From assembly GCA_965228475.1 (NCBI GenBank), contig OZ245817.1, forward strand, positions 1 to 64,000: a stretch of 64,000 nt of DNA, read 5' to 3'. Below are positions 9,333 through 19,998 of this stretch, piece after piece (the first letter of the stretch is position 1; every line of letters begins with the position of its first letter). The translations under genes and the position numbers were made by a program. The DNA is from Myxococcota bacterium (GTDB taxonomy: Bacteria; Myxococcota_A; UBA9160; JAFDDA01). Below the pieces are notes generated by a model. The model had not been told where the DNA came from. It made no database searches and saw nothing but the letters and a program-made list of their open reading frames with translations.

Positions 9333-11863
9333 AACTGGTCGAGCCGCAGGAGACGGCCGCGCTCGGTGCCGCGCGTCGCGGCCTTGGCGGTCTGCGTGGG
9401 TTCGGTGCCCTCGACGAAGCCCTGCAGGTAGGTGTCTTCGCTGCCGGCGTCGGCGAGCATGCCGGTCTCGCGCTCGACCCGGGCGAACACGATGCCCGAG
9501 GGAACCGGGAAGTCCCGCTTCGGGAACCCGGCGAGCGCGGCCTTCATGTAGTCGCGCCAGATCGGGAGCGCCGTGCTGCCGCCCGTCTCGCCCTTGCCGA
9601 GCACCCGCTTCTCGTCGTAGCCGACCCACACGCCGGTCACGACGTCCGGCGAGTAGCCGATGAACCAGACGTCGCCGCCGAAGTTCGTGGTGCCGGTCTT
9701 GCCGCCGACGGGCCGTCCGAGCTCGCGCGCGCCGCGGCCCGTGCCCTGCACGTCGAAGACGGCGGCGCGCAGGAGGTCCGTCGTGAGGTAGGCGAGTTGG
9801 GGCGAGATGATCTGCTTGCGCCGCGTCCCCGGCTCCGCGGCATCGCCGCCCTCGAGGTTCTCGACGATGCGGGCGAGCTCGGCGTCCTCCGGCGACGAAG
9901 GCCGCCACTCCGGCACCTCGGGGATGTTCCCGAGCACCTGGGTGCCGAGGATCTTGTTTCCTTCGCGGTCGAAGACGGCGGTGATGAAGGTCGGCAGGAC
10001 CTGACGCCCGCCCGAGGCGAAGACGGCGTAGGCGCGCGTGTTCTCGAGCAGGGTCACGCCCGAGGAGCCGAGCGCGAGGGAGAGATCCTTCGCCAGCGGC
10101 GATTGGATGCCGAGCCGGCGCGCGTAGTCGATCACGTAGTTCACGCGCAGGTCGCGGAAGAGATGGATCGTCGCGTTGTTCACCGAGCGGGCCAGGGCCT
10201 CGCGCATGGGCAGGCGGCCGAGGAACTTCCGGCTGTAGTTCTGCGGGCGCCAGACGAACCCCGACTCCGGGTCTTCGTAGACCACGGGGCGGTCGACGAG
10301 GATCGACGCCGGGGTGTAGTCCTTGTCGAGGGCGGCGGAGTAGATGATCGGCTTGAAGGAGGAGCCGGCCTGGCGGCGCGCCTGGGTGGCGCGGTCGAAC
10401 TCGCTGCGGCTGTAGTCGTAGCCGCCGACGAGGGCCCGCACGGCGCCCGTCGCCACGTCGAAGGAGAGCAGCGCGCCCTCGACGATCGGCGTCTGGTGGA
10501 TCACCGCCTCGAGCCGGCGGCCCGGGCGCACGAGCCCTTCCTCGTCGCCCTCGGCGGGCTTGATCTGGAACCGGGCGATCTGGCCGGCCTGGAAGATGCT
10601 CTCGATGTGGCGGACGGAGCGCGGCTTCTGCTTCGGGTCCGGTTTGCGCGCCCACTTCACGTCGGCGAGGGAGACGGTGGCCACCTGATCCGGCGCGAAG
10701 GCGACCCGGGCCGTGTCCTTCTTCGGCGAAACCTCGACCACGACGCCCTTCAGCGGCACGTTGTTCCGCAGGCCCGGCGCCTCCGTGGGTTCGCCGTCGT
10801 CGTCGACGCCCGGGACGAGGCCGTTCTCTTCCGCGACCTTGGCGACGGCGACCTCGAGCGCATCCGGCGTGCCCACCTCGATCGGCCCGCGCCAGCCCTG
10901 GCGGCGGTCGAGCTGTTCGAGCCGGCCGCGGATCGAGGCCGTCGCCTCCTTCTGGAGCTCGAGGTCGAGGGTGGTCTCGATGGTCAGACCGCCGCGCAGA
11001 ACGAGCTCGCTCCCGACGGTTTCGTAGAGGCGCCGCCGGACTTCTTCGACGAAGTACGCCCCGACCTGGGCCTTCGTGCGCTCGGAGACCGGGACGAACT
11101 CCGGCTGTTCGTCGAGGGCCGCGCGGAAGGTCTCCTCGTCGATGAACTCTTCGACGCGCATGCGCTGGAGCACGTAGCGCCGGCGCCGCTCGGCGGCCTT
11201 CGGGTTCGACGTCGGCGAATAGGCGCTCGGCCGCTGGGGCAGCCCGGCCAGCAGCGCGGACTCGGAAACGGTGAGCTCCGAGACGTGCTTCCCGTAGTAG
11301 GTGCGCGCGGCCTCGCCGATGCCCCAGGCGCCCTGCCCGAAGTAGATCTGGTTCAGGTAGAGGAAGAGGATGTCTTCCTTCGAGAGTTTCTGTTCGAGGC
11401 GCTGGGCGAGCACCATCTCCTTGATCTTGCGCTGGATCTTGCGCTCGGGGGTGAGCAGCAGGCCCTTCACCGTCTGCTGGGTGATGGTGCTGCCGCCCTG
11501 CTTCACCTCGCCGCCGGCGGCGAGGTTCACCCACGCCGCGCGCAGGATGCCCATGTAGTCGAGGCCCGTGTGCCGGAAGAAGGCCGCGTCCTCGCCGGCG
11601 ACGAAGGCCAGCACCGTGTGCCGGGGCACGGCCTCGTAGGGCACGAGCATGCGGCGCTCGTCGTAGAACTCGCCGATCAGCTCGCCGTTGCGGTCGAGGA
11701 CCCGGCTCGTCACCGGGGGCGCGTACTCGGCGACGCTGTCCATCTCGGGGAGATCGCGCAGCAGCGTGAAATAGATCACGCCGGCGCCGGCGACGGCGCC
11801 CACCACGGAAAGGGCGAGCAGGACGAGGAGGATCCGGACCCCGGAGGATCGCAGGCTGGGCAT
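9329..11863 (-). CDS. mrcA: Penicillin-binding protein 1A
   Basis: Glycosyltransferase motifs EDxxFxxH and GGSTITQQ; transpeptidase SSFK, SVN and GKTGT all intact. Confidence 0.95.
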   Translation of the reverse strand: MPSLRSSGVRILLVLLALSVVGAVAGAGVIYFTLLRDLPEMDSVAEYAPPVTSRVLDRNGELIGEFYDERRMLVPYEAVPRHTVLAFVAGEDAAFFRHTGLDYMGILRAAWVNLAAGGEVKQGGSTITQQTVKGLLLTPERKIQRKIKEMVLAQRLEQKLSKEDILFLYLNQIYFGQGAWGIGEAARTYYGKHVSELTVSESALLAGLPQRPSAYSPTSNPKAAERRRRYVLQRMRVEEFIDEETFRAALDEQPEFVPVSERTKAQVGAYFVEEVRRRLYETVGSELVLRGGLTIETTLDLELQKEATASIRGRLEQLDRRQGWRGPIEVGTPDALEVAVAKVAEENGLVPGVDDDGEPTEAPGLRNNVPLKGVVVEVSPKKDTARVAFAPDQVATVSLADVKWARKPDPKQKPRSVRHIESIFQAGQIARFQIKPAEGDEEGLVRPGRRLEAVIHQTPIVEGALLSFDVATGAVRALVGGYDYSRSEFDRATQARRQAGSSFKPIIYSAALDKDYTPASILVDRPVVYEDPESGFVWRPQNYSRKFLGRLPMREALARSVNNATIHLFRDLRVNYVIDYARRLGIQSPLAKDLSLALGSSGVTLLENTRAYAVFASGGRQVLPTFITAVFDREGNKILGTQVLGNIPEVPEWRPSSPEDAELARIVENLEGGDAAEPGTRRKQIISPQLAYLTTDLLRAAVFDVQGTGRGARELGRPVGGKTGTTNFGGDVWFIGYSPDVVTGVWVGYDEKRVLGKGETGGSTALPIWRDYMKAALAGFPKRDFPVPSGIVFARVERETGMLADAGSEDTYLQGFVEGTEPTQTAKAATRGTERGRLLRLDQF

Positions 11864-11923
11864 GGGCGCTCCGCTGGCCGCGACCGTAGCCGACGGGCCG
11901 CTTCCTGCGCTACCTCGTCGGCG

Positions 11924-12000
11924 CGCCGGGCGGTTCTCTGGATTCCGATCTCCTCGGCCCGCCGGGCGGTTCCCTGAATCCCGCCGCCGGAGGTTCTTCC
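11924..12000. repeat. Degenerate direct repeat (36-bp period) in the mrcA/gshB divergent region
   Basis: cgccgggcggttctctggattccg (11924-11947) vs cgccgggcggttccctgaatcccg (11960-11983), 21/24 identical; partial third copy at 11985. Confidence 0.7.
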
Positions 12001-12015
12001 CATGGCCCGGACCCG

Positions 12016-12978
12016 ATGACGCCGCTGCGCCACGCCTTCGTGATGGACCCGATGGCGGCCATCGACATCGAGAAGGACACGACCTTCCTGTTCATGTGGG
12101 AGGCCCAGCGGCGCGGGCACCGGATCTGGCACGTCGATCCGGCCGATCTGGGCATCGTCGACCGCCGCCCCGCCGCCCGGGCCCACCCGGTGGTGCTCCG
12201 CCGGGACCCGGCCGACCCCTACGATCTCGGCCCCCCGGAGACCCTCCTCCTCGACGACGACGTGGACGTGGCCTGGCAGCGCAAGGATCCGCCCGTCGAC
12301 GCCGAATTCGTCACGGCCACCCAGATCCTGGGCCTGTGCCGCCGCGCCCTCGTCCTGAACCGCCCGGAGGGCATCCTCGCCCACAACGAAAAGCTGTTCG
12401 CCCTCGAGTTCCCGGACTGGATGCCGGAAACGCAGGTGACCCGGAGCATTCCGGAGCTGCTCGATTTCATGGAGAAGGTCGGGGGCGACATGGTCGTGAA
12501 GCCCCTCGACGGCAAGGGCGGCGAGGGCATCTTCCGCGTCACCGCCGACGACCGGAACCTCCACTCCATTCTCGAGACCTCGACGGCCTTCGGCGCCCGC
12601 CGCTGCATGGCCCAGCGCTATCTGCCCGCCGTCCGGGAGGGCGACAAGCGGATCCTGCTCCTCGACGGCGAGCCCCTGGGTGCCCTCCTCCGCGTCCCCG
12701 CCGAGGGGGAGACGCGCAGCAACCTCCACGTGGGCGGCAAACCCCGCGCCGGCGTCCTCGACGAGGGCGACCGCGCCCTCGTCGCCGCCCTCGGGCCGCG
12801 GCTGCGCGCCGAGGGCCTGTTCTTCGTCGGGATCGACGTGATCGGCGGCAAGCTCACCGAGATCAACGTCACCAGCCCGACCGGCGTGCAGGAGATCAAC
12901 GCCATCGAGGGGGTGACCCTCGAAAGTGACGTTCTCGACGCTGCCGAGCGCCTGGCCGCGGCCCGCAGCGACGGCTGA
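12016..12978 (+). CDS. gshB: Glutathione synthetase
   Basis: FVMDP..DTT, RKDPP, NEKLF, KPLDGKGG, GDKRILL, RSNLHVGG, TEINVTSPTG. Confidence 0.96.
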   Translation: MTPLRHAFVMDPMAAIDIEKDTTFLFMWEAQRRGHRIWHVDPADLGIVDRRPAARAHPVVLRRDPADPYDLGPPETLLLDDDVDVAWQRKDPPVDAEFVTATQILGLCRRALVLNRPEGILAHNEKLFALEFPDWMPETQVTRSIPELLDFMEKVGGDMVVKPLDGKGGEGIFRVTADDRNLHSILETSTAFGARRCMAQRYLPAVREGDKRILLLDGEPLGALLRVPAEGETRSNLHVGGKPRAGVLDEGDRALVAALGPRLRAEGLFFVGIDVIGGKLTEINVTSPTGVQEINAIEGVTLESDVLDAAERLAAARSDG

Positions 12979-13038
12979 CGCGCCCACCGAAGGGCCTCCA
13001 CCGACGGGAAACCGCCCTCGGACCGACGCATAAAAGCG

Positions 13039-13067
13039 TTGACACCGACGGGAGAAGGGGAATCTTC
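13039..13067 (+). promoter_or_regulatory. Candidate sigma70-type promoter
   Basis: Perfect TTGACA at 13039-13044 followed by a weak -10 (aatctt), upstream of the basic-protein gene. Confidence 0.4.
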
Positions 13068-13130
13068 GAAACGAGATCGTGGCCTACCCCTCCGCGGTCA
13101 ACTGGCTCCTCCGACGAAAAGGAGACTCCG

Positions 13131-13592
13131 ATGGCAACGGTCGTTGCAAAGACGGGAGTGAAGCGGGAGTCCGGGTGGCTCTACTTCCTCGACAAGAAGG
13201 GCCACGTGAGCCGGACGCGCATGGCGCGCGGCGGTGGCAAGGTCCGCAAGACGAAGCCGCAGGTCGTGGCGAAGGCCGGTGTGAAGCGCGAGGACGGGTT
13301 CCTCTACTTCATCGACAAGAACGGCCACGTGGCCAAGGTGAAGATGGCCCGGCCGGGGAGCCGCAAGCGGAAGAGCGCCGCGAAGCGGAAGACGGCTCGG
13401 CGCAAGACGGCCAAGCGCAAGACGGCGAAGAAGAAGACCGCGAAGCGCAAGACCGCCAAGCGCAAGACGACCAAGCGGAAGACCGCAAAGCGCAAGACGG
13501 CGAAGAAGAAGACCGCCCGCAAGAAGACGGCACGCCGGAAGACCACCGCGAAGCGGAAGACCGCCAAGCGGAAGACGGCACGCCGCCGCTAG
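13131..13592 (+). CDS. Histone H1-like basic protein with a duplicated N-terminal domain
   Basis: Two copies of V(V)AKxGVKRExGxLYF(L/I)DKxGHVxxxxMAR, then KRKTA/KKKTA pentapeptide repeats; aggag RBS. Confidence 0.8.
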   Translation: MATVVAKTGVKRESGWLYFLDKKGHVSRTRMARGGGKVRKTKPQVVAKAGVKREDGFLYFIDKNGHVAKVKMARPGSRKRKSAAKRKTARRKTAKRKTAKKKTAKRKTAKRKTTKRKTAKRKTAKKKTARKKTARRKTTAKRKTAKRKTARRR

Positions 13593-13650
13593 CGTCTTCG
13601 TGCCGGACGGCGGCCCGGGCGCTGGCCCGGGTTCCGTTCGGATCGACGCG

Positions 13651-13697
13651 GAAGGGCCGGTTCTCGCCTCCGGGCGAAGCCGGCCCTTCGTCTTTTC
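13651..13697 (+). terminator. Intrinsic terminator
   Basis: gaagggccgg...ccggcccttc stem followed by gtctttt, downstream of the basic-protein gene. Confidence 0.7.
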
Positions 13698-13718
13698 CAT
13701 CCTGCTAACTTCTCCGGG

Positions 13719-15188
<1,470 letters not shown>

Positions 15189-15283
15189 CGCCGCCCTTCC
15201 GCACCCCACGTTCCGATCGAGATGGCGTTCGACGTCCGATTCCGGCGGGTTCGCGAGGTTCGGAATGTTAGAGTGAAGATCGT

Positions 15284-15811
15284 ATGGAGATCGTACACAC
15301 CGTCACGATGGATTCGGAGATCGGAACCCTGAAGCTCGCTTCCACCGAGAAGGGGCTTTGTTGGGTCGACCTGCCCGGCTTCGGCGGGCGGGGCTTCTCC
15401 GGATGGCTCCGCACCCACGTTCCCGACGCCCAGGTCGTCGAGGAAGCTTCCGAGTTCACGGACTCGGCGCGCGAGCAGCTTCTCGAGTACCTCTCCGGCG
15501 AGCGCATCCACTTCGAGCTGAAGCTCGACCTGCGCGCCACGCCGTTCCAGCAGAGTGTCTACGACGAACTCCTCGCGATTCCCTACGGCGAGACCCGTTC
15601 CTACGCGGAGGTCGCCGCGGCGGTCGGCAAGCCCAAGGCGGTCCGCGCCACCGGCACCGCCAACGGGGCCAACCCGATCCCGCTCGTCGTGCCGTGCCAC
15701 CGCGTGATCGCGAGCGGCGGCGGGCTCGGAGGGTACGGCGGCGGCCTGCCGCTCAAGCGCCGCCTGCTCGCCATGGAGCAGTCACGCGTCCGCGCCGGCG
15801 GGTTGCTCTAG
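15284..15811 (+). CDS. ogt: Methylated-DNA--protein-cysteine methyltransferase
   Basis: IPYGETRSY, NPIPLVVPCHRVI, GGYGGG. Confidence 0.95.
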   Translation: MEIVHTVTMDSEIGTLKLASTEKGLCWVDLPGFGGRGFSGWLRTHVPDAQVVEEASEFTDSAREQLLEYLSGERIHFELKLDLRATPFQQSVYDELLAIPYGETRSYAEVAAAVGKPKAVRATGTANGANPIPLVVPCHRVIASGGGLGGYGGGLPLKRRLLAMEQSRVRAGGLL

Positions 15812-16552
15812 CCGCGCCTTCTCCAGGGCGAGGAAGGTTCCCCACAGGAAGATCGCGCTCGTGCAGTGCCAGACCGCGTGGCCCTGGTAGAGCCAGCCCG
15901 CCGGGTCGCAGCCGATCCGCGCGCGGTCCATCGCGTGCAGTGCGTAGCCGGTGAAGAACACCAGCGGCGGGCCGAACACGAAGACCCAGGGCAAGGCGCC
16001 GGCGCGTGCGCGCCGCACGAGAACCGTCAGCGCGACGAGCCCCTGGGCGGCGAGGATCGGGATCGTCGGCAGCCTCCACTTGAACACGCCGAGGACGACG
16101 TCGAGGAGCAGGAACGCCGGCAGCGAGCGGCGGAAGGCGACCGTTCCGTTCACTTCGAGGGCGAGACCGACGAGCACGTTCAAGCTCGCGTACATCGCGA
16201 CGACGTCGAGCCACTGCCCTTCGCGCGTCATCGACGCGTGGAACCAACCGCTGCCGATGCAGAGAAGGGCCATCGCGGCGCCGAAGGAGAGGCCGGCGGC
16301 ATCGCGGCGCCGGAAGACGACGAGCAACCCGACGAACAGGTAGGCGAGGTTCGAGATCGTGTTGAGCGGCTGCTGGATCGCAGGGCGTTCCGCGTGGTCG
16401 CCGCAGCGATGACTGCCCTCGCAGTACTCGGTGCAGTCGGCGGGTTCGAATCGCTCCCACAAACGCCCGTCGGGTTCGAGGGCGAGGGGAACGAGCGAGA
16501 CGAGCCCGAAGACCAGCGTCACCGCGAAGGCCTTCGCCCGGGTTCCGCTCAC
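15782..16552 (-). CDS. Ceramidase-like (CREST superfamily) membrane protein
   Basis: YCE, QPLNTISNLAY, GSGWFHAS, QWLD, HAVWH; multiple TM helices. Start uncertain. Confidence 0.7.
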   Translation of the reverse strand: MSGTRAKAFAVTLVFGLVSLVPLALEPDGRLWERFEPADCTEYCEGSHRCGDHAERPAIQQPLNTISNLAYLFVGLLVVFRRRDAAGLSFGAAMALLCIGSGWFHASMTREGQWLDVVAMYASLNVLVGLALEVNGTVAFRRSLPAFLLLDVVLGVFKWRLPTIPILAAQGLVALTVLVRRARAGALPWVFVFGPPLVFFTGYALHAMDRARIGCDPAGWLYQGHAVWHCTSAIFLWGTFLALEKARLEQPAGADA

Positions 16553-16580
16553 CGTCCGGTCCCTCGGCAGGGGGTCGCGA

Positions 16581-18842
16581 TCATCGGTGGGCGGGGTGGT
16601 CCACGTAGATCGGGGAAGACCAGGCGCGCGCGTTGCCCGGGGAGAGACAATCGTCGTCCTCGGCGCCTTCGACGAGCCCGGCTTCGCAGCGGTCGACACT
16701 CGTGCAGCGGCCCGACGCGTCGCGCGTGCAGCCGAAGCCCACCGAGTTGATCTGCGGGGTTTCCTCCTGGATGGCGCGCACGTAGTAGACGGCGTCGCGC
16801 CCGGCGCTCCGGAAGTCCGGGTCTTCGAAGGTGACCTCGCAGCCCTCGCCTCCCGCCGGGCAGTCGAGCGTGCGCCAGGGGTCGTCGATCAGCCAGGCGA
16901 CGCGCTCGCCCGCGTGGCGCTGGGGCCGCACGCGAACGACCTCGATGCGCTCGATGGCGTGGCGGACGTCCGAGGGGTTGTGGCACTCGCCGTTGCACAG
17001 CCGCAGGAGCCGCTCGGCGGTGAGGCCACGGTGGGAATCGTCCGGGCAGCCGGGCTGCTGTTCGAAGGCGCCGAGGGCCCGCACCCGGAAGCGCGGCGCG
17101 CGCGCCATCTCGACCTCGCCGCCCATCGGGACGACGGCGTCGTTTCCGCCCGGGTCCACGCCGTTCAGCAGGTCGAACCACAGAAGGATGCGCGGGCCGC
17201 TCGTTCCATAGACCTCGCGCCGGTCGAAGGCGTCCCAGAGCGCGTGGCGGTCGCGCGCCGAGGCGTGGGCCGCGACGAGGCCCCCCGTGTAGTAGTAGGA
17301 CGCGCTGCGGTCGACGTCGCCGCCCGGCAGGATGAGCAGCTCGGAGGTGTCGACGCGAACCGCCCGCCCGCCCGGCTTGCCGGGCTCCGGCTCGATCGTC
17401 GCGCGTCGCTGCGCGGCGAGGGCGCTCCACGCATCCGTCATGCCGATCGGAGAGAACTCCTTGTAGCCGGTGCCGGGCCGCGCGGTGTGGTTGTCGCTCG
17501 AGGCGATGAAGCCGAAGCGGAAGCGGCGCTCCTTGCGGTCGCCCTCGCCCTCGCCGGTGAGCGCCAGGGCGTACTGGCTGGATCCGCCGGTGCGGTAGTC
17601 GAAGGCGGGCTGGAAGCAGTCGGAACACTGGCCCGCCTCGAGCCAGTCGTCCGGCGTGGTGCCCGGGATGGCGTACAGGCCCTCGCCGCGGGGGCCCGCT
17701 TCGACGTAGAGCTGGCGCGCTTCGGCTGCACGCTCGGCACAGGTCTCGGCCTCTTCGCCGAGCTCGAGGCACTGGGCTTCGATGATCTCGCCCGCCCGCT
17801 GGCACGGGGGCTGGAAGCCGGGAACGGGCTCGGGGCACGTGATCGTGCCGTCTTCGGCGACGTCGACGTGCCGCCAATCGCGGAACTCCTCGGAGTTCCC
17901 GTGGCCGGAGTACACCTCGATCAGGGTCTGGCGCTTCGGGTCGTGGTTGCCGTCGGCGAGCTGCTTGTCCCAGGAGATGCCGGCGGGGGTCGTGTGCCCC
18001 CAGGCGTTTCCGTGCGGGATGACCATCGCCGGGAAGCCCCACTGGTCGAGCTTCTCGAAGAGCTCACGCGGCGTGGCGACGGCTTCGGCGCAGTCTTCCG
18101 GGAGATCGCGCACGTCGACGCCGGCTTCGCACAGCGGGAGCGCCCGGAGGCTGCTGCGCTTCTCGGCGAAGTCGTAGTAGATCCGCCGGTTGCCGAAATC
18201 GAGCAGCGTCGCCGCGAGCATCGGGACCCTCGCGCCGCTCTGGCGCATGGCATCGAAGGAGTAGCCCGAAGCGGCGATCGGGCGGGTCGGGACGTCGGCG
18301 TCGGCGGTATCGCGCAGCACGACGTTCTTGTGGCCGTAGTGGTCGTCCGGCCCGTTGCCGATCTGCGTCCACTCCCAGCCGAGGAAGGCGACGAGGTCCG
18401 GGTCTTCGCTGCCGGAGATCTCGTTGCACTGGCGTACGGCCTCTCGCGTCTGGCGCCAGAGGTCCGGCGTGAGCGACTCCGCGTGGTCGTTCAGGGAGAA
18501 GAAGTCGAGGGCGGAGCAGTAGCGGGCGAAGTCGCAGGCGTCGGCGGGCGGGCGGGCGCCCGCGCCGCCGATCAGCGGAAGGCTGCGCAGGCTCGCGTCG
18601 AGCGACCAGGTCGTGTGGACGTGGAAATCGCCGAAGAGGATCTGCTTGTCGGCCTCGGGCGCGATGCGGGCGCGGTCGGCCCGTTGGATCTCGTCGTGCC
18701 CGCGCACGGCTTCGGCGCTCCGCCGCACGGCGCTCGGCTCGCCGTCGCGCTCGAGTTCGCCGAACGCGCCGAACCAGGCGGCCGCCAGGTACGCGATGCC
18801 GCACAGGAGCAAGACGGCCAGGACGGAAAGGATGCGGCGCAC
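16581..18842 (-). CDS. DUF3604 domain protein (exported PHP-like metallohydrolase)
   Basis: FGDFHVHTTWSLDA, LNDHAE, GWEWT, ASSDNH, EVYGTSGPRI, YYVRAIQE, RAWSSPI. Confidence 0.85.
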   Translation of the reverse strand: MRRILSVLAVLLLCGIAYLAAAWFGAFGELERDGEPSAVRRSAEAVRGHDEIQRADRARIAPEADKQILFGDFHVHTTWSLDASLRSLPLIGGAGARPPADACDFARYCSALDFFSLNDHAESLTPDLWRQTREAVRQCNEISGSEDPDLVAFLGWEWTQIGNGPDDHYGHKNVVLRDTADADVPTRPIAASGYSFDAMRQSGARVPMLAATLLDFGNRRIYYDFAEKRSSLRALPLCEAGVDVRDLPEDCAEAVATPRELFEKLDQWGFPAMVIPHGNAWGHTTPAGISWDKQLADGNHDPKRQTLIEVYSGHGNSEEFRDWRHVDVAEDGTITCPEPVPGFQPPCQRAGEIIEAQCLELGEEAETCAERAAEARQLYVEAGPRGEGLYAIPGTTPDDWLEAGQCSDCFQPAFDYRTGGSSQYALALTGEGEGDRKERRFRFGFIASSDNHTARPGTGYKEFSPIGMTDAWSALAAQRRATIEPEPGKPGGRAVRVDTSELLILPGGDVDRSASYYYTGGLVAAHASARDRHALWDAFDRREVYGTSGPRILLWFDLLNGVDPGGNDAVVPMGGEVEMARAPRFRVRALGAFEQQPGCPDDSHRGLTAERLLRLCNGECHNPSDVRHAIERIEVVRVRPQRHAGERVAWLIDDPWRTLDCPAGGEGCEVTFEDPDFRSAGRDAVYYVRAIQEETPQINSVGFGCTRDASGRCTSVDRCEAGLVEGAEDDDCLSPGNARAWSSPIYVDHPAHR

Positions 18843-19073
18843 GGGACCTCCTCGGAGCGGCAGGGCGCCCGCAAGCTACCACCGGAGACGCCAGCCGAGG
18901 CGCCCGACGCCCGCTGGAAAGCGACTTTCCGGCCGTGACGCGAAGCGGCGTTCCCTTGCCGGCGGCTTGCCGCAGAACGAGCCCGGCGCCCGTTCCGGGT
19001 TCGGAGCCCAAGCGCTTGCCCCGGAAGGGTTTTTTCCTGCGGCTGCCGCCCGGCTGCCCGTCCTGTCGGGGGT

Positions 19074-19089
19074 GGGTATGGGGTTTGCA
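19074..19089 (+). promoter_or_regulatory. Candidate sigma54 (-24/-12) promoter
   Basis: gGGtatggggttTGCa, i.e. GG-N10-GC with TTGC, about 35 nt before the PEP-CTERM gene start. Confidence 0.55.
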
Positions 19090-19123
19090 CCTCACCTCTG
19101 CCATGGAGAGGAAGACGAGAACC

Positions 19124-19861
19124 ATGAAGAACCACACCCTACAGAGTCTCTGGATCGCCGCGCTCTTCGCGGCCTTCGCTTCGGCCCCGGGCGCCCAGGC
19201 CGCACCCATCGTGAGCTGGGACCTCGCCGGCGCGACCGGCCAGCAGGCCGCGGTGCTCTTCACCGCCGCCAACGTGACGGCCAGCAGCATCGACGAGGTC
19301 GGTGTGAACGAGTGGACCAGCACGGCCCGCACCGGCCTGGTCGCCGCCCGCGATTGGCCGAGCTCCCTGACCTACGACCCGGGCCGCTACTACCAGTGGA
19401 CGGTGACCGCCGCCGCCGGCTTCCAGGTCGCCTACGACACGATCGACCTGGCGCTCTTCCGCGGCATCTGGGGCGGAGGCCACGGCGCCGACCAGTGGGA
19501 CCTGCGCGCGAGCAACGACGGCTTCGGCGGTGGCTCGAACGTCGGGCTCGGCACCTTCGACATCTCGGCCAGCGGCATCGACGAGCAGACCCAGTTCGTC
19601 GGCCACGACATCAGCGCCCTCGGCGCCCAGACCGGCACCGTGACGTTTCGCCTCTACGGCTACAACCAGACCCAGGCCGGCGACTACTCGGGCCTCGGCA
19701 ACAGCAGCGGCTGGGTGATCACCGGCACGGGCCTCGACCCGGTGATCTCGGGAACCGCCTCGGCCGTGTCCGGGCCCGCCTCCGTTCCGGAGCCGCCGCC
19801 GGGTCTGCTCGCCGCGTTCGGTCTGCTCGGCCTGCTGGCCGGGGGCACGCGCCGCTCGTAG
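19124..19861 (+). CDS. PEP-CTERM-like exported protein
   Basis: Signal peptide ending AQA-API; C-terminal VPEPPPGLLAAFGLLGLLAGGTRRS. Confidence 0.8.
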   Translation: MKNHTLQSLWIAALFAAFASAPGAQAAPIVSWDLAGATGQQAAVLFTAANVTASSIDEVGVNEWTSTARTGLVAARDWPSSLTYDPGRYYQWTVTAAAGFQVAYDTIDLALFRGIWGGGHGADQWDLRASNDGFGGGSNVGLGTFDISASGIDEQTQFVGHDISALGAQTGTVTFRLYGYNQTQAGDYSGLGNSSGWVITGTGLDPVISGTASAVSGPASVPEPPPGLLAAFGLLGLLAGGTRRS

Positions 19862-19998
19862 CGCTCGGGCCCGCTCGTAGCGCATCCATTGCATCCGCGG
19901 AGCCACGGACGGCTCCGCGTTTCCCGCGTTCGGCGCCCGCGGCGCGCGAGCCCCGCTAGTCTCCCTCCCATGCACGACACCCTCGCCGCGGGACCGCG

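Noticed and set aside
13370..13590. CRISPR or non-coding tandem repeat
   Set aside because: The 15-nt periodicity encodes KRKTA peptides; there are no unique spacers and no cas genes.
15225..15275. LexA/SOS box before ogt (gttc repeats)
   Set aside because: GTTC spacing is 5 nt and matches no LexA consensus I can support.
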